Shown here piece by piece: positions 63,148 through 64,000 of a stretch of 64,000 nt of DNA. A program made the translations under genes and the position numbers. Source of the DNA: Acinetobacter phage AM24; sequence record KY000079.2. One strand, given 5' to 3'. Below the pieces are notes generated by a model. That model saw nothing but the letters and a program-made list of their open reading frames with translations. It had not been told where the DNA came from and ran no database searches. Within the stretch, counting starts at the first letter, position 1; the number at the start of each line of letters is the position of its first letter.

Positions 63148-64000
63148 GTGATTATTTAAATATTACCTTAAATACTACCTTTGAGGATACCTCTAGCATT
63201 GCCTACTTGGTATCTTTGTTGTTTGTGGGTGGTAAACATGAAAATTGAAGTGACTACTTCTAGGGATTCCCTCAAGGTATATCCTTTGTGCTTAAGTTAA
63301 AACTATACCACATAAGGGTTTATTTGTCAATATTTAAAAACCTTGTCAATAGTTCGTTTGTTCATTATTTAAACTAAAATTAACTAAGGTATTGTCTTCT
63401 AAGGTAATAAAGTTTGTGTGCTAATATTACAACTATATTACTACTTATATGGCATATTTGTGTATTTCTTAAACAATTAGCTAAATATTTAAAATTATTT
63501 TGTAAATTGTTTGTAAATCTCACAATAATTTCCTATATGGTTCATAAATATAAGAAAACCTTAATTTTTGTGTGTTTTTAAAATATATTATTTATCAAGT
63601 AGTTAATAAACCTTGAAGGCTATGCTTAATTTATCCTTCAATCTTATCCTTCACAATCTATTAAAAGGTGAGGGTTATTTTTGAGAGTATCCTTAAGGGA
63701 ATCCTTCAAGGTAGGTTTCACTTTGTAGATTATATTTGTAGTTTCTCTTGTCTTTTCTTTTGTTAGTTTTAGCACTCTCTCAAAGGTTGTAATGTTGTTG
63801 TAATCCTTTGTAGGCCAATGTTGTATGCTTGTTTGTGGGATTCCTTGTGAAATAGTGAGGCATTCGCCGAACGGCTCATTAGTGGGGGAGGATTTTTAGA
63901 GGGTAGAAGGAGGTTCTGTGGCGAGTTTTTATGGTTAACTTCTAGGGGTTCTTTAGGGGCTAACTTCTAGGTCTAACTTCTGGAGACAACCTCTAGGTTT
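63148..64000. repeat. About 850 bp of non-coding, AT-rich, repeat-dense DNA, possibly a genome terminus or origin
   Basis: No ORF of 60 aa or more. Repeats of TTGTCAATA (x2) and of the near-palindrome CCTTCAAGG / CCTTGAAGG / CCCTCAAGG (x5). Confidence 0.5.
63936..63997. repeat. Tandem direct repeats of TAACTTCTAGG-like units (four copies including variants)
   Basis: Copies at 63936, 63961, 63973 (variant) and 63987 (variant). Confidence 0.6.

Noticed and set aside
63930-64000. Terminal tandem repeats considered as a CRISPR array
   Set aside because: The units are about 11 bp with no spacers of regular length, and no cas genes are present

Overview
This window is a contiguous stretch of a large, AT-rich tailed double-stranded DNA phage genome; the host is not identifiable from the sequence. 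Positions 1 to 20.4 kb on the + strand are a late structural operon: the C-terminal end of a scaffold protein, a putative major capsid protein, head-tail joining proteins, a putative sheath, three tandem paralogous tube-like proteins, a chaperone with a candidate -1 frameshift, a tape measure protein, a P2/Mu-like baseplate (spike V, W/gp25, J, I), tail fibers, and a lysozyme endolysin. A collagen-like tail fiber with long internal repeats and a holin-like two-gene membrane pair sit inside the fiber cluster. The operon ends at a strong bidirectional terminator. Positions 20.5 to 25.1 kb on the - strand are a ribonucleotide reductase operon (nrdB-nrdA); nrdA carries a LAGLIDADG intein at the SNLC active-site motif. 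A 630-bp divergent control region with 20-bp direct repeats is followed by a + strand early/middle replication and nucleotide-metabolism module. That module holds a T7 gp4-like primase-helicase, a family A DNA polymerase with a 149-aa mini-intein in motif B, a free-standing HNH endonuclease, a gp2.5-like SSB, a FEN-type 5'-3' exonuclease, a metallophosphoesterase, a ThyX-like protein, a PhoH ATPase interrupted by an intein in its Walker A P-loop, an AP2-HNH endonuclease and a dCMP deaminase. The most unusual content lies between 46.8 and 63.1 kb. It is a dense, translationally coupled array of at least 23 paralogous small genes (60-155 aa) that share a bipartite beta-strand motif (h.VGDkV.V ... 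GDV[AG]KVV ... [YF]NP.W). The array is punctuated by repeated sigma70-like promoters with a conserved extended -35 (AAAGTwGTTGACA-N17-TAATAT) and by hairpin terminators, and it contains several tiny membrane peptides that are absent from the ORF track. The window ends in about 850 bp of non-coding, repeat-rich DNA (CCTTCAAGG motifs and TAACTTCTAGG tandem copies) that may be a genome terminus or origin. All calls come from reading the sequence and translations by eye. No database searches were run, so family assignments are motif-based and confidences are moderate.
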